Shown here: positions 1 through 12,900 of the stretch, piece after piece
How positions within the stretch are numbered: position 1 is the first letter of the stretch
How the letters are laid out: each line of letters begins with the position of its first letter
Origin: Ruditapes philippinarum
Taxonomy: Eukaryota
Direction of reading: 5' to 3'
DNA length: 64,000 nucleotides
Assembly (NCBI RefSeq): GCF_026571515.1
Contig: NW_026852429.1
Span: 1-64,000 of the forward strand
Program-made: the position numbers and the translations under genes
The notes under the pieces: model-generated
Databases searched by the model: none
Seen by the model: only the letters and a program-made list of their open reading frames with translations
What the model was told of the DNA's origin: nothing

Positions 1-715
1 TTGGCTGATCATCTAAAAGTTATATTTGGAGTAGTTATGTCCCTTTTTCAAATCTATTTTACTGAAAAATAAACATTTTCTATGAGATATCTTTATTGTA
101 TTTCACTCAAAGCTGTTGCATACAACATAACAAGTGATTTGTCATAATAATTCTGCTTAAAGTGACATTATGTCCATCCAGGGGTATATAGTGAGTGAAC
201 GGGTGAATATCAAAACATGTTTTCATGTTGCCATTATCCCTTTTAATTTAATAATTAAGTTCACATAAACAATAAATAACACACAAATCCAAAAGATATT
301 TCTGTAAATATCCGTTAGAATTTACATATAACGCCGCTTTGTTTATAAAAAGAGTGGGGCAGTCTTTTTAAATTTTAGGGAGATTTATAATTTAATCCTG
401 AAGGTTTTCCAATATCAACTGTTGGTCAAACACCATTTTGACAGTCAATCTTTAGAAATATAAAGTCAATTCAGCTCAATTTGACAATGAAAATATGAGC
501 ATAATGTCAATGGAAGCTCATATTTATGTGAAAACTATTTAGAAGTGTTATGCCTTTCATTATCAGATGTATTTATCATTATCCAAAAGACTCATATGAG
601 ACTTAATATGAGTAGAACGGTACAACAAACATACAACAACTATCAACTACTTTCAATATCAAACTATCACCCTATCTTCGTAATTACCATGTTATTTTAT
701 TGTTGTTTGCTGTAG

Positions 716-786
716 GTGTTTGATCTGAATGAAGCCTTGTCAAAACACTTTGGAACAGAGAATATTAATGGATTCAGATGTGAAAG
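716..786 (+). CDS. USP exon (VFDLNEAL...FRCE)
   Basis: tgtag| acceptor, |gtaaga donor, open frame. Confidence 0.8.
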
Positions 787-3700
787 GTAAGAATGGGTAC
801 AGGTTGGATCATGAAATAAAAAATCATAAAATCAAACTTTTTGAATAATGCAATGTCATTTTATCTGTTCAAAATTTACACAAAAGCATATACTGCAATA
901 ACCTAATTGTTATAAAGAAGCATATGAACATGATTTTTATATTATAGTCAAAGGATGATAAAAGTATAACTCAGTATCATATTGGCAATATTATGAAATT
1001 TAACAAAAACTATATGAAACAGCTACATCTACAGAGACTTTAATTGATTTATTCTATTGGACCAAGACCAACAGCAGATATCTGGGCCAGGAGTCTTTGA
1101 GTGCGGGTTTATTGTTGGTTTTCTTTATTATGTTGGTTCATTTCTGGTGCTAATTTTTTTTCAAATAAGGTTTGAGCCGTCAAGAGAGTTAGAAATAAGG
1201 AAAGTATATACATTGTAAGTACATATACATACTTTTTAAGGTGCAACACAGTGACAGCAGCCACAAAAGGATGCCAACTTACTGGTCTTCCAAAGAACTT
1301 TATTATCAGTTTGAAAAGGTAAATAATTTATCAAACTTTGTTTACCAGTTTCGGTCCCCTAGGATAAAAAAACTAGGTCACTTATTAAAATAAAATAATA
1401 GTTTTGGGTTTTGGATAACTTATCCTAACCAAACGTGGTATATAGAAATTTTATTATACCTTATGTGAAAGTGTTGGGGGAACTTTTGATAAGGGGATTT
1501 TTTGTAGATTGTAAATCTAATAATAGACTTTGTCGTACATATTGCTTTTTAGTTTACATTCTTATACCCTTGCCTTGATAATGGCGAAATAACTCTGTCC
1601 ATGTGTGCGTGCACGTTTTTGTGTCAGGTGCAAAAACATGCTGTTTTTCTCAAATGTCAAGGTCAAAGTTGGCTTTAAGTTTCATGTATATTCCTTATTA
1701 TTATGGATATAGTGAAAGATGCTTGCCCATTCATGATGTGTTTTCAAGATCATTATCTCAAGATAACAACTCAAACTGGCATTCATTTTTGTGTACAGTG
1801 TGATTTATCGGGGGCATCCATGTCATCGGGAAAGATTTAAAGTTTCTGAATTGTTTAACCGACAGGTTTACCAGAAAACGCAGGAAGGACACTAGGCATA
1901 TCAAGATTCCATTTGAATTAAGACTTCGACCCTACATTGACAGAGATCTAGTAAGTTTCGAAAATTTGGTTCATTTACTAACGAAATCAGTTATAGCAAC
2001 ATTTCAAAGAAGAGATTAATTCATAAATTAAAGTATATTTTATATTGAAACAAACAAAACTAAATAATTAAAAGCAAAAAATTAAGACTAAATAACAACT
2101 AAAGCATATTTAGAGCTGTCTTTCTCACCCCGGCGTCGGCGTCTGCGTTCATCCAGATTTGAGATTAAATTTTGTGTGCAGTAAAATATTTTTTGCTATA
2201 ACTTTTCTATTTCTTAAGTTATCAACTTCAAATATATGTTCCTTATCATCAACCACATCTTATTTGACAAGGTTTATAACTCTAATGCAATATTTTTAGA
2301 ATGATCTCCCCTTGAACTTAGAAATTTTCTTATAATTTTTTTTTTACTGTAACTTCTTTATTCCGGAATAATCAACTGCAAACTTCAAATATATAGAGGA
2401 TATTCAAGTTTTTTCTATAAATACATGATTTATTTTCATCGAGTGGTATGAAAATAAATATTTCATGAGTGGCGTAGCCACGAGTTAAATATGGTAATTT
2501 TCATGCCACAAGATGAAAATAAATCATGTATTTATAGAAAAAACTTGAATTTTCTGTTTATTATATACATTTTTCTCTTTTTGCGATAAAATTTCAAAGA
2601 CTTTCCCTTAAATTTTGTGTACTGGCAGAATTTAAAAGAAAGTAGTCCGGTAAGACACCAGTGAAAATACGGAAAATATGTTTCACTGCAGTGAAAAATA
2701 AATTTTTACAGTGAAAATACGGAAAATGAAAATACGCATTTTATTTCATCAATATTTTTCAATATTTCATTTATAAGTATATAATAAATGTTCCTTATCA
2801 TCAACCACATCTTATGGGACAAGGTTTATAACTCAATATTAAATATTTTCCGAATTATCTCCTCTTGAACTTTATATTTTTTAGTGTAACATTTCAAGTT
2901 TTGTTAAAAAACTTTCATCTAATTTGCCATTTCTTCAATAATATTGGGAAATTTTGGAATGAAAATGTTGAGTTCGAGAGGTTTTTTGAAAGTTATATCC
3001 TGTGATCTCAAAAAATCTAAAATAAGATTTTTTCTACATGGTGAATCAATATTGCAGACTTCTTAGATTACAAATTTTCAAGTCAATATTTTTAGTATCT
3101 TAAATTACATTGTAATCAAATAATGGTAACACATGCAAAGAAGAACTATTCCTTTCATAAATTATTAAAGAGATGAATTCAGCAATATCAGTGTAGTATT
3201 GTTCAGCCTGTTGTCCTTATATCTTGAAATTTACCTTAATCCAAATTATCATTTCCGGTCAAATATTACATCATTCTTTCTCAAGTAGTCATTTGCCTGC
3301 CATTTTCAGGAGCTAGAGGACAAGGCCAGACTCATTGGTATGGTACAGCATTGTGGTGTATCCGTGACAAGCGGCCACTATGTAGCTTATGTGGAAGTTG
3401 GAATGAAATGGTTTCGAATAGATGACATGAGGGTAAGTTATAGTGTTTGTGTGCTTTATATACATTATCATTTCAGTCAATGAAGTTGTTGCGTGGAATT
3501 TGCCATCTTAAGTTTCTCAACACCAATCAGTTTTAATACATGCTAGTGCATCTTCCATGTGAACATGTTAAAATAACTCAAGTACATTACCATTTAAATA
3601 TGTGATAACCGGTCATATAATTAATAACTTCCCTGTGATAAACGGTTATTTATGTAAAACTTATATTAGCATATTTACATCATAATTATGTATTTTTTTC

Positions 3701-3804
3701 TTTTTTTGCAGATATCAAATATTACAAACAATGCCTTGAGTAATGAGGCTTCATCTTCGTACATATATTTTTATAAGACACTGCCAAGGCCTTACATAAA
3801 CTGA
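716..3804 (+). CDS. Ubiquitin-specific protease (USP/peptidase C19), 3' part; 5 exons, 5' end outside the window
   Basis: Exons 716-786, 1241-1318, 1866-1950, 3310-3432 and 3712-3804 have AG/GT borders with matching phases (2,2,0,0). Spliced peptide: VFDLNEALSKHFGTENINGFRCERCNTVTAATKGCQLTGLPKNFIISLKRFTRKRRKDTRHIKIPFELRLRPYIDRDLELEDKARLIGMVQHCGVSVTSGHYVAYVEVGMKWFRIDDMRISNITNNALSNEASSSYILFYKTLPRPYIN*. It contains CxxC, LPxxxxIxLKRF, the His-box GHY, WxxxDD and YILFY. Confidence 0.9.
1241..1318 (+). CDS. USP exon (CNTVTAAT...LPKNFIISLKR)
   Basis: tttaag| acceptor, |gtaaat donor, USP LKRF motif. Confidence 0.87.
1866..1950 (+). CDS. USP exon (FTRKRRKD...IPFEL...DRDL)
   Basis: gacag| acceptor, |gtaagt donor. 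Confidence 0.85.
2108..2890. repeat. Bivalve-type non-autonomous element with internal ~150-bp tandem units (pearl/HINE-like); related units also at ~4600-5050
   Basis: Starts with a cggcgtcggcgtctgcg microsatellite-like block. The unit aacttcaaatatatgttccttatcatcaaccacatctt...cccttgaactt recurs at ~2225, 2381/2788 and 4629. Confidence 0.55.
2393..2787 (-). mobile_element. Non-autonomous Helentron/HINE-like element nested in a tandem unit
   Basis: Splits the host unit aacttcaaatat|atgttcc. Long hairpin 2402-2550; subterminal inverted repeat ttattatatac (2558-2568) / gtatataataa (2777-2787); atagaggatatt end. Confidence 0.6.
3310..3432 (+). CDS. USP His-box exon
   Basis: ttttcag| acceptor, |gtaagt donor; HCGVSVTSGHYVAYV...WFRIDD. 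Confidence 0.92.
3712..3804 (+). CDS. USP last coding exon (…SYILFYK…*)
   Basis: Strong polypyrimidine tract plus tgcag|; YILFY motif; TGA at 3802-3804. Confidence 0.85.
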   Translation: MSNITNNALSNEASSSYIYFYKTLPRPYIN

Positions 3805-4089
3805 CAAGAATTTAATTCAAGGAGTGATTCCACAAAACATGATTCGGCGATACAGCAAAAAGTACTGTGGTTGCTATGGCAACAAATAGACTCAAAATAT
3901 GGCTAATTTAACACATAAACTGGACCAAGTGATAAAGAAAAAAGTACTGAAAATATTTTTATGAAACTCGGAATATTGGTAGATGGCAGTCTACAGATTA
4001 TGCACATCTTGTTCTGTTCTTCCTTTGTTGAAAAATGTCTTGCTATGGCAACAAATATACTGAAAATAGGCCTAAAATATGTAAAATAT

Positions 4090-4407
4090 ATAGAGGATAT
4101 TAAATGAGTGTAGTTTAATACTAAATTTATTGAACGAGTTGAATAAAATCATATTATGCGAGCCTCTGGCGAGCATAATGTTGTTTTTTTTTCAACGAGT
4201 TCAATAAATTTAATATTGAAACTACACGAATATAATATTCTTTTTATCACATATATAAAATAAGAACGGTAAACTGTTTTTTGAGTCATTTTATTTTTGA
4301 CGCACCTATAGTGTAACGCTAACATTAGCGCGCTTTAACGCTATGTTCATAAAATGATATAGCGCAAATGACGTCACGTTTATGGCGCCGCGGTTTATGT
4401 GATAAAA
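4090..4407 (-). mobile_element. Second HINE-like element with the same architecture
   Basis: Same atagaggatatt end, long hairpin ~4108-4227, subterminal inverted repeat ttttatcacata (4242-4253) / tatgtgataaaa (4396-4407). Confidence 0.55.
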
Positions 4408-7400
4408 CAACATTTGTCATTACACAAAAGGTAGTGAAAACATTTTTATGAAACTTAAAATATGCATAGATGGCAGAATGGAGATGATACAAATTATTTT
4501 AATCTTTATTCTACGGAGTATTTATGGAGCTTTCCTACGCACCAAGCGTTGGCAATCTCGTCAATATTTCTGATTCAAGTTTCACGCTTTTCACAATAAA
4601 TTATTTATTTCATAAGGTACTAACTTCAAACTTCAAATATATGTTTCTAATCATCAACCACATCATATGTGACAAGTTTTACAATCTAGCACAAAATATC
4701 ATAATTACCTCCCTTGAACTGAGAATTTTCATGACAAATATGATATTTTTTAGAACTTCTTTATTTCTTTATGTATCTACTTCACACTTCATATATATCT
4801 GTCTTACTGTATTATCACTCAAATAATTTTGGAGAAGGTACTGTAGATGGACTATTTTCAGACTTATGTCTCCCTTGATCTTGAATTTTTTAGAACTATA
4901 GATTTTTTCTATAAATATATCTTACTTGAATTTCTTCATTTCTTTTAGCATTTTCTTCAAACTCCCACATCATAATAATATGACAATGGTTATAAATCTA
5001 GTGTATTGTCTCCTCTGTTAATGATATTTTATTGAAACTTTATATTTTTTACATGAATAGAGACTATTAAGAGAAAGTGCACAGATTTACAAATGTAAAA
5101 TAGACTATAACTTTTTCTACCGATAAAACTTACATAAATTTGCAGTTATAAATTTAGTTTTACAGGTGATAAAGATACATATCCTCAATTATACTGATAC
5201 AACATAGATTTATTGACTGATATAAGTCATATTTGGTATTTAGATTTATACAATGGGCGTTCCTGTATTTGTGGTGTTAAGACACTAATGAAAAAGATAT
5301 TTTAACTGTCCTTGTACAGCCTCCATTTGTTGGTAAATGTGTGGTGCAAATATGCAGCTTTTGGGAGCATAATTTGCCCTCAATGATATTTTTTGAAACT
5401 CATGTTAGTTAGAAATTATATCAAACTCATGATTAATATGTTGTATTTTACTTGTTTCTTAGGTGAGTGTACCAGGGCAACCATGATGCTCTTGTTTAAT
5501 CAGTATTCTCCTTTAATTCATAAGTCATATAACTATGCATCTTCAGGCCAACACTTCCAAAGTGTAAAGAATTGTCAACATTAAAATCTCTAATCTTTCT
5601 GATAGTGTTATAACAATGCCTACTGAAAATTTGTTTTTTAAGTGGTGTAACCATTACTGTTGACATTACTTGATATTGCAATCGGTTGTCGAACCTAGCC
5701 AGTTTGATAATTTTTTAGACATTTTACTTTAAAATATTTCTAACCAGGATATTCATACTCGATAACAACTGTAATAACAATCTTATTCCCAAAAGTTAAA
5801 TAAGAACTAATGATTTTGATAAATGGTCTTGTCGCTGTTTAGGAATATTATTTAATCTTCTTAAGATTTTGAGTTTCTGCTATATGCGTATACCATGTTT
5901 CGTTAAGTTTAATGCATAAAAATTCTTGGCGTTTAACGTTGAATCGTAAACTGAATGAAACGATTTTAAAACTGCTGGAAAAGATTTAACCCTTGAAGTA
6001 AATTAAAAATTATTTTTTAATGTTAAATATGGGCAGGGGGCCCAAAAAAGATGAAAGTTTTTTTAAAATTTTAAAAGTCTTTTAAGAATTATTTCAAAAT
6101 AATTAAATGGGGAAAAATTTAAATTTAAAACAATTTAACAACCATCCGTATATTTTCTGTAAAAAAAACAATTTTTCAAAATTCAGCAAACTTTAAAATG
6201 TAAGGGACAGTAATAAAAGGAAAAGAAACCCTGGAACATTTAATTTTCCCAAAGAACAAATAAATTTCATTTAATAGTTTTTCATTTTTTCCAAAATACT
6301 TTAATGCCCACAAATCCCCGCTGGGCCTTTTTACAGAATCTCGGGTTTCTTTATTTTTTTTATTTTAAAAATTTCTGGTTTAAATTTTTTTCAATTCCCA
6401 AACGCCGATTTTTTCAAAATTCAAAATTCTCTAAATTGGCCCCCGTGGTTCGGGGCGAATTTTCAGAAATTTCCCAAAAATCTTTTAGTCCAAATTTTTG
6501 AAAAATTGATTTGTTAAAAATGACCAACAAAAATGCCGAGTTCGCCAAAAATTAAAAAAAGGTTCCTTTGAATAAAATGGGATTGTTCTCTTAAACCCAA
6601 CCCAAGAAACCAAAAGATGCCAGAACCCCTTTTAATGTTTATTTTAATTTTTTTCCCAAATTTTTCCCTTCGTTAAAAAGATTGAAATATCATTATTTTA
6701 AAAAATTTTTTTTATTAACGCTTTTTAATTTTTTTAATTACTGTAAAAAACTTACTTTTTCTTTCTTCCCCTTTTTTTAATTTTTTTAAGTATTTTTTTA
6801 AAAAATCTGGCTAAGGGATTCTTAACCCCTTTCCCTTTTTAAAAATTTTTTCAAATTTTTCCCGTTTCTTGGGGTTCTGTTTATGTTGTTTTTTTTTTTT
6901 TAAATTTTAAAGTTTTTAAAAAGGGTTACAAGGATTAAAAAAAGGCCCTGAAAAACAATTTTTTTTTTTTAAACCCCGAAAAAGTTTAAATTTTTTTGAA
7001 TCTTTGTTTTAAAAAATTTTTAACTATATGCTTTTTTTTTCATAAAAATTTTTCCCGATGGATTTAAATTTTTTTTCTCCCTGCTTTAAAAAATTTTTTT
7101 GACCCAAAAAAGGGAATAGTTGAAATTTTATTTATAAAATTTTTAATTTAAAAATTTTGGCCATTTTTTTAAAAGTTAAACCTTTTAAACCCAAAAGGGT
7201 TTAAAAGAAATTTTTTAAGTTTTTTGGGTTAAAAAAAGGAAATTAAACCCATTATTCATTCGCAAAATTTTCAACCTTTTTCAAAATTGGGAAAGACTTT
7301 TTTCAAACTTAACCCAAATTTTTCTTTGGAAATTTCTTCAACTTTTGCTATTGTTTTTCAAAAAAATTTGGAAACTGTTAAATTTTAAACATTTTGTTAT

Positions 7401-7849
7401 TTTTTGGAAAACCTTTTTTTGATTCAACGGAAAATTTTTTAGCCCTCAGGGCTTTCGGGAAATTTTTCAAAAAAAAACAGAACCCGTGTTTTTAAGCACA
7501 TGTGGGGACACAATTGGGAAAAATTTTTGAAAATATTTTTTTTTGGGGGAATTTTTCCCCTTTGTCTTTTTTAAATTTTGCTGGTAAATTATTTTTTTAA
7601 ATTTAACATTTTTTTAAAAAAGTCTTTAAGCTTTAAATAAAAAATTTTAAAATTTTTTAAATGAAAGGAAAATTTTTGCTTTTGATTTTACTTTAAATAA
7701 ACTCAGTTATTTTTGTCAAACCCAAAATTTTATTCCCCAAATTCATGCTTGATCCTATAATACATGCATATGTTTGGTGAAAAATTATCTGTTTTAAAAT
7801 CTTTTTTTGCCCCATAAAAAATTTGTTCCCCTTCATATGGGTTTAAGGT

Positions 7850-9920
7850 AAAATTTTTGTTGTACGCTGTAAAACCCTTTTGTTTAAACCATTTGATCCC
7901 CCCCGATTTTTTTGCCCTTAGTCAAAACTGCAATTTTTTCCCCTTGATATTTTTAATAGGGATTCCTGTTTACATCTATACCAAAACCGTAGTAAGAAAA
8001 AAGGAAAAAACCCCTTTTAAAGTTTTTAGTAAATTTTTCTTTTAAACCTTTGATTTTCCCCTTTTAAAAAAGTTTTGAATTTTTTTCTTAATTTTTAGTA
8101 TAAAAACCCCTTTTTAAATTGTTTTATCCCCCCGGCCCTCAATTGATTCCCTTTTTAAATTTTTTGATAGTATATTTCCAAATTGTAAACTATTTTATCC
8201 CCCAAGCCCCAAAATTTTTTTTCCTCTTTGTTTTGCTTTTTAAAAAAATGTTTCTGTTTTTTAAATTCATATGAATTCCCCCAACCCCCCATCTTTAAAT
8301 TTAATATTTAAATTTTTTAAAAAAAATAATTCCCGTTTTACATCTGTATGATTCCTTGTAAAACCCCTTTTTTTTCCCCGTTATATGTTTGAAAAAGTAT
8401 GGTTTTCTGTTTACATCTTTTTTTGATCCCCTTGTTTCCCTTTGATCCCCCCTTATTTTAAAAGTATTTTTTTTTTTTGGGACACTGTCTTTATCCCTGT
8501 CCCCCCCTTTGATTTCCCCTTTTTTTTTTTTTGATAGTATTTCTCAGTTTTTAAAATTTTTTGATCCCCAAGTAAAATCAAAATTTTTTAAACTTCTTTA
8601 TGGCTTTATATAGTTTTTGGGTTTTAAATTCTAGATCCCCTTTTCAATCAATTGATCTCCTCTTAAAAATTTTTTGGGAAAAAAGAAAAATTTTTATCCG
8701 TTGTACATTTTGTAGATTTTCCTTTTAAAACCCATTTGATTCCCCTTTTTTAGTTTGATAAATTTTAATTTCTGATTGTACTTTATTTTTTTAAATTTGT
8801 CCTTTCATTTTTATCCCTTTAAAATTATTAAAAAGTATAGTTCCCTTTTTTACAACTGTCTGTCCCCTCGTCTTTTATTCGATCCCCCTTTTTTATTTTG
8901 ATAGTTTTCTCAGTTGTAAAAATTTTTTGAAAACCCCAAATTTCTAATTTTTATCCTCTTTGTATCCCTTTTAAAAATTTAAAGTTTTCTGTTGTAAAAT
9001 TTAAAATGATCCCCCATCCATTAATTGATTCTTCCCTCTTAAATTTTTTTAGAAAAATTCTCCGTTGTAACCCCTTTTATGATCTCCTTGTAAACCCATT
9101 TGATTTCCCCGTTATATGTTTGGGTAGTATTTTTCTCTGTTTTACTTAAAATTTTTCCCTTTGTCCCCTTCATTTTATTTCTTAATTTTTTTATAAATAT
9201 ATTTTTCCCCTTTTTACTCTGTTGATCCCCCCTCCCCATTGGGTTCCCCCTTTTTTATTTTTTATAAATATAAATTTTATTTTACATTTTTTTGAAACCC
9301 CAAAATACATAATTTTTATCCCACCTTTTTTTGATTTTTATAAGTTTTTTGTTGTAAAAATTTATATTTTCGATTTACTTCCATTAAAATTTATTCCCCC
9401 TTAAATTTTTGAATTTGAATTTTTCTCCGGTTTACACTTGTTGAAACTTTCCCTTTTACACCCCCCTTTGATTCCCCGTTATTAAAAGTTTGGGTAGAAG
9501 TTTTTGTTGTACATCTGTTTTATCCCTAGTCCTTTTTTATTGATTTCCCCTCTTAATTTTTTAAATAAACTTTTCCCTTTTTACATCCCGTCTGATCCCT
9601 CGTCATCATTCGATCCCTTTTTTTTTTTGGGTAAGTAAAAATTCTCAGTTGTAAAAATTATTTTAAAACCCCCAAATAATCAATTTTATCCTCCTCTTGT
9701 ATGCTTTTTATAAAGTTGTTTTGTTGGGAATTCATATTTTTCCCTTAAACCCTTAATTGATCTTTGGGAAAAATTTTGAAAAATTTTTCCCTTGTTTGTA
9801 TGGGTTTCCCCTTTTACCCATTTTGATTCCTGTTATATTTTTTGATAGTATGTTCTCTGTTGTACATTATTTGGGTCCCCTTTTCCTTCCCCTTTGGGTC
9901 CCCCTAAATTTTTTGGTATA
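7850..9920. repeat. Satellite array A: ~61-bp monomer in a ~365-bp higher-order repeat (~5 copies)
   Basis: Diagnostic monomers recur at ~8196/8562/8928/9292/9665 and ~8341/8706/9071/9435. Confidence 0.7.
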
Positions 9921-9989
9921 TTTTTCTTTAAAATTTTTAAAAACTGGTTTTTACTTTTATCTGATAATTTTTCAAGAAAACTTTTAAAA

Positions 9990-12900
9990 AAGTTTAAAAA
10001 AATTTTAAAGGGCCCCCGGTCAAACTTGTGATTCCTTATAATTTTTTAATGAATTTGTTTTATTTGTACATCAAGGGGGTTTTTTCCCTTTTTAAATTTT
10101 TGTGATCACCGATATCTGTTCCAAAAAAAAACATAGTATATGTTTTAAAAATCGATGACCCCTTGTCAAAGTGATCCCCCTTAAATCTTTCAATGAAAAT
10201 TAAAAGAAATGTTAAAATTAGATGATCCCCTGGTCCCGCTTCCTTATCCCCCCATATTTGTTCCAAAAAATGAAAGAATAAAATGTAAGGTAAAATTTAC
10301 CCCCTTGTCATTTTCTGTGATTTCCCCTTTAATTTTTATTTAAATGGATACTTTAAAAAAAGTAAATTTAAATTTTAGGGGTTGAACCCCCTTTTTACCC
10401 TTTTGGGGATCTCCCTGTAAAAGTTTATAATTAAAAAAGAATTTTAAAAATTTTTTAGATGTTTTTTCAAATAGAATGTGTTTCATTTTAAAAGATCCCT
10501 GGCAACCCATTAAAATATAAAATAATATTGTTCCTAATAAAAAAAAAATGTACATGGGAGAATGAATTTTCTCTTCCCACCCTTTTTTACCCCTTTTTTT
10601 CTTTTTTAATAAAAAATAGTAAAAAGTACATAACAGTAAAAAACCGAAAATCCCTTTGTATCTTACGTATTTCCTTTTGAAAATTTTTCAAAAAAATTCC
10701 TAGATATTAAAGTTTTAAACTTTAAATGATCCCTGTTGGGAGCTTAAAAATTTCCCATTTATTCCCGCCCAAAAATATGAAAGATATAAAGTAAAAAAAA
10801 CCCAAATTTAACCCCCGGGAAAGGCCCCAAGTGATTTTAAATTTCGTCAATGGATACTTTTTAGTAAATGTAAAAAAGTTATCAATTGTCATTTTTCGTG
10901 ATTTCCATTAAAATACCGGGTTCCCCTAAATTTGAAAGAGTTAAAAGTCAATTAGATGATCCCTGGTCATTTTGTGATCCCTTTTATTGTTAATTTAATG
11001 TTTTTAGAATATGCAATTAGGGTGAACCCCATTTGGGCATTTTAGAGATTCCCCCATATATTTTTAAATTTTAATCTTTAAAAACGTTTACATCAAAGAA
11101 TCCCTGGGTTTATGCTTACGTTTTATCCCCCATATTGTTCAAAAAGAAATTTTTATAAAACCGTAGGGACATCTAGACGATCCCCCTGGTCATCTTACGT
11201 GATCACCTTAATTAATTTTTTTTTTCAATTTTAAAAATAATTTAAAAATATGTTTAAAGATTAATGATCCCCCTGGTTCAAAAACAACGTTTTTCCCTTT
11301 ATTAATTCCCCTTTATAATAAAAAAAGTAGAAAATGTAAAATTTTGAGATCCCTTTTATTAACGTGGATGGGGACCTTTATTTTTTGTTACAATGATAAA
11401 ATTTTTAAAAATTGGGGCATATAAAATGATTTCCCCTGGTCTTTTTAAAAATACCCTATAAAACTGTTCATTTAAAAAGAAAAAAATAAAAATTTTTACT
11501 GAGGAAAGAATCCCCTGCTCAAACTCCCTGATCCCTTTATTTTTGTTAAAGAACTTAAAAATTTTTAATGTAAATTTGACGCCCCCTTTGGAAAATTTTA
11601 TGATTCTTAGATTTTTTTTAAAGAATACTATGGGTTTTAAATTTAAAAAAGAATGAATTCCCCTGGGGCCCTTTTAATTTTTCCATTTTAAAAGCTCCAA
11701 AAAAGAAAACAAATAAATACAATCTTAAAATTTCCCCTGGGTTTTTAACTGAAACCCCTTTAAATTTTTGTTCAAAGGGATATAAATTTAAGGGAAATTT
11801 TAAATATTTTAACCCGTTTACATCTTTTGGGGATTTTTATAAAACCGTTCCAATTTAATTTGAAAGGTATAAATTGGGAATTTGACCCCTTTGGCATTTT
11901 AAGTGACCCCCTTTTATTCTTTTTAATTGATTCTTACAGTTAATTCATATTAATGAAAATTCCCTTTTTCAAATTTTCAAGATCCCCCTTTTTTCTATCA
12001 AAAAGAAACTATGATATGTAAAATTTGATGTCCCCCTTTTCTTACCCTTATCCCCTTTTTAAACCCCTTCCCTAATAAGAAAGAGTTTTTATGGGCCCTT
12101 TTGATCTGGCCTTTGGGCAGCTTCATTTATAACCAATATGTGTTTTTATAAAAGCCAAAAAAATGTACATGTAAGATGATCCCCCGTCATTTTCCCTGAC
12201 CACCCCTTTTTTTTTGTTCAATGGAATTTTAATTATAAGTTAATTTTAGTTATCCCCCCTTTTCATTCTTTTTCGTGATCTCCCTAAAAAACTTTCCCTA
12301 AATTTGAAAAAGTAGATAAAAATGAGAAAAATTCCCCCGGTATCTTTCTGATCCCGAAAATCTGTTAAAGAATTTTATACTTTAAATGCAAAATTTTCGA
12401 CGTCCCCCGGGCTCTTACGTGATCCCCTTAAAATTTTTTCTTTCAATAAAAAATAAAAGCATTTTAAAATTAGATAACCCCCCCGGGATCTTACTGATCC
12501 CTTTTATTGTTAATTAAAATATAGTATAAAAGTAATTTAGAAAACCCACTGGTCATTTTTTTAACGTTTAAAACCCCCTTAAAATCTTTTAAAATTTTAA
12601 AAGTAGGTATAAAAGTACATTTTAAGATTTTTTCCTGGTCAAAATTACGTTACATCTGATATTTTCAAAGAAAAATATAAGTTACTTTTTAAATTCTAGA
12701 TACCACTTTTTCATATTACGTTTTTTATCCTATTTCTTTTTTCAAATTATTACTAAATTTTGTGTTTAAATATAGATGACCCCCGGTGCTTAAATGATAC
12801 CCATATATTGTTCCGTAATAAGAAAAAATTAAATTTTCATGTAAGATGAAAACCTTTGTTTATCTAAAGTGTTTGGTTTTCCCCTTTTTTTCTGTTTAAT

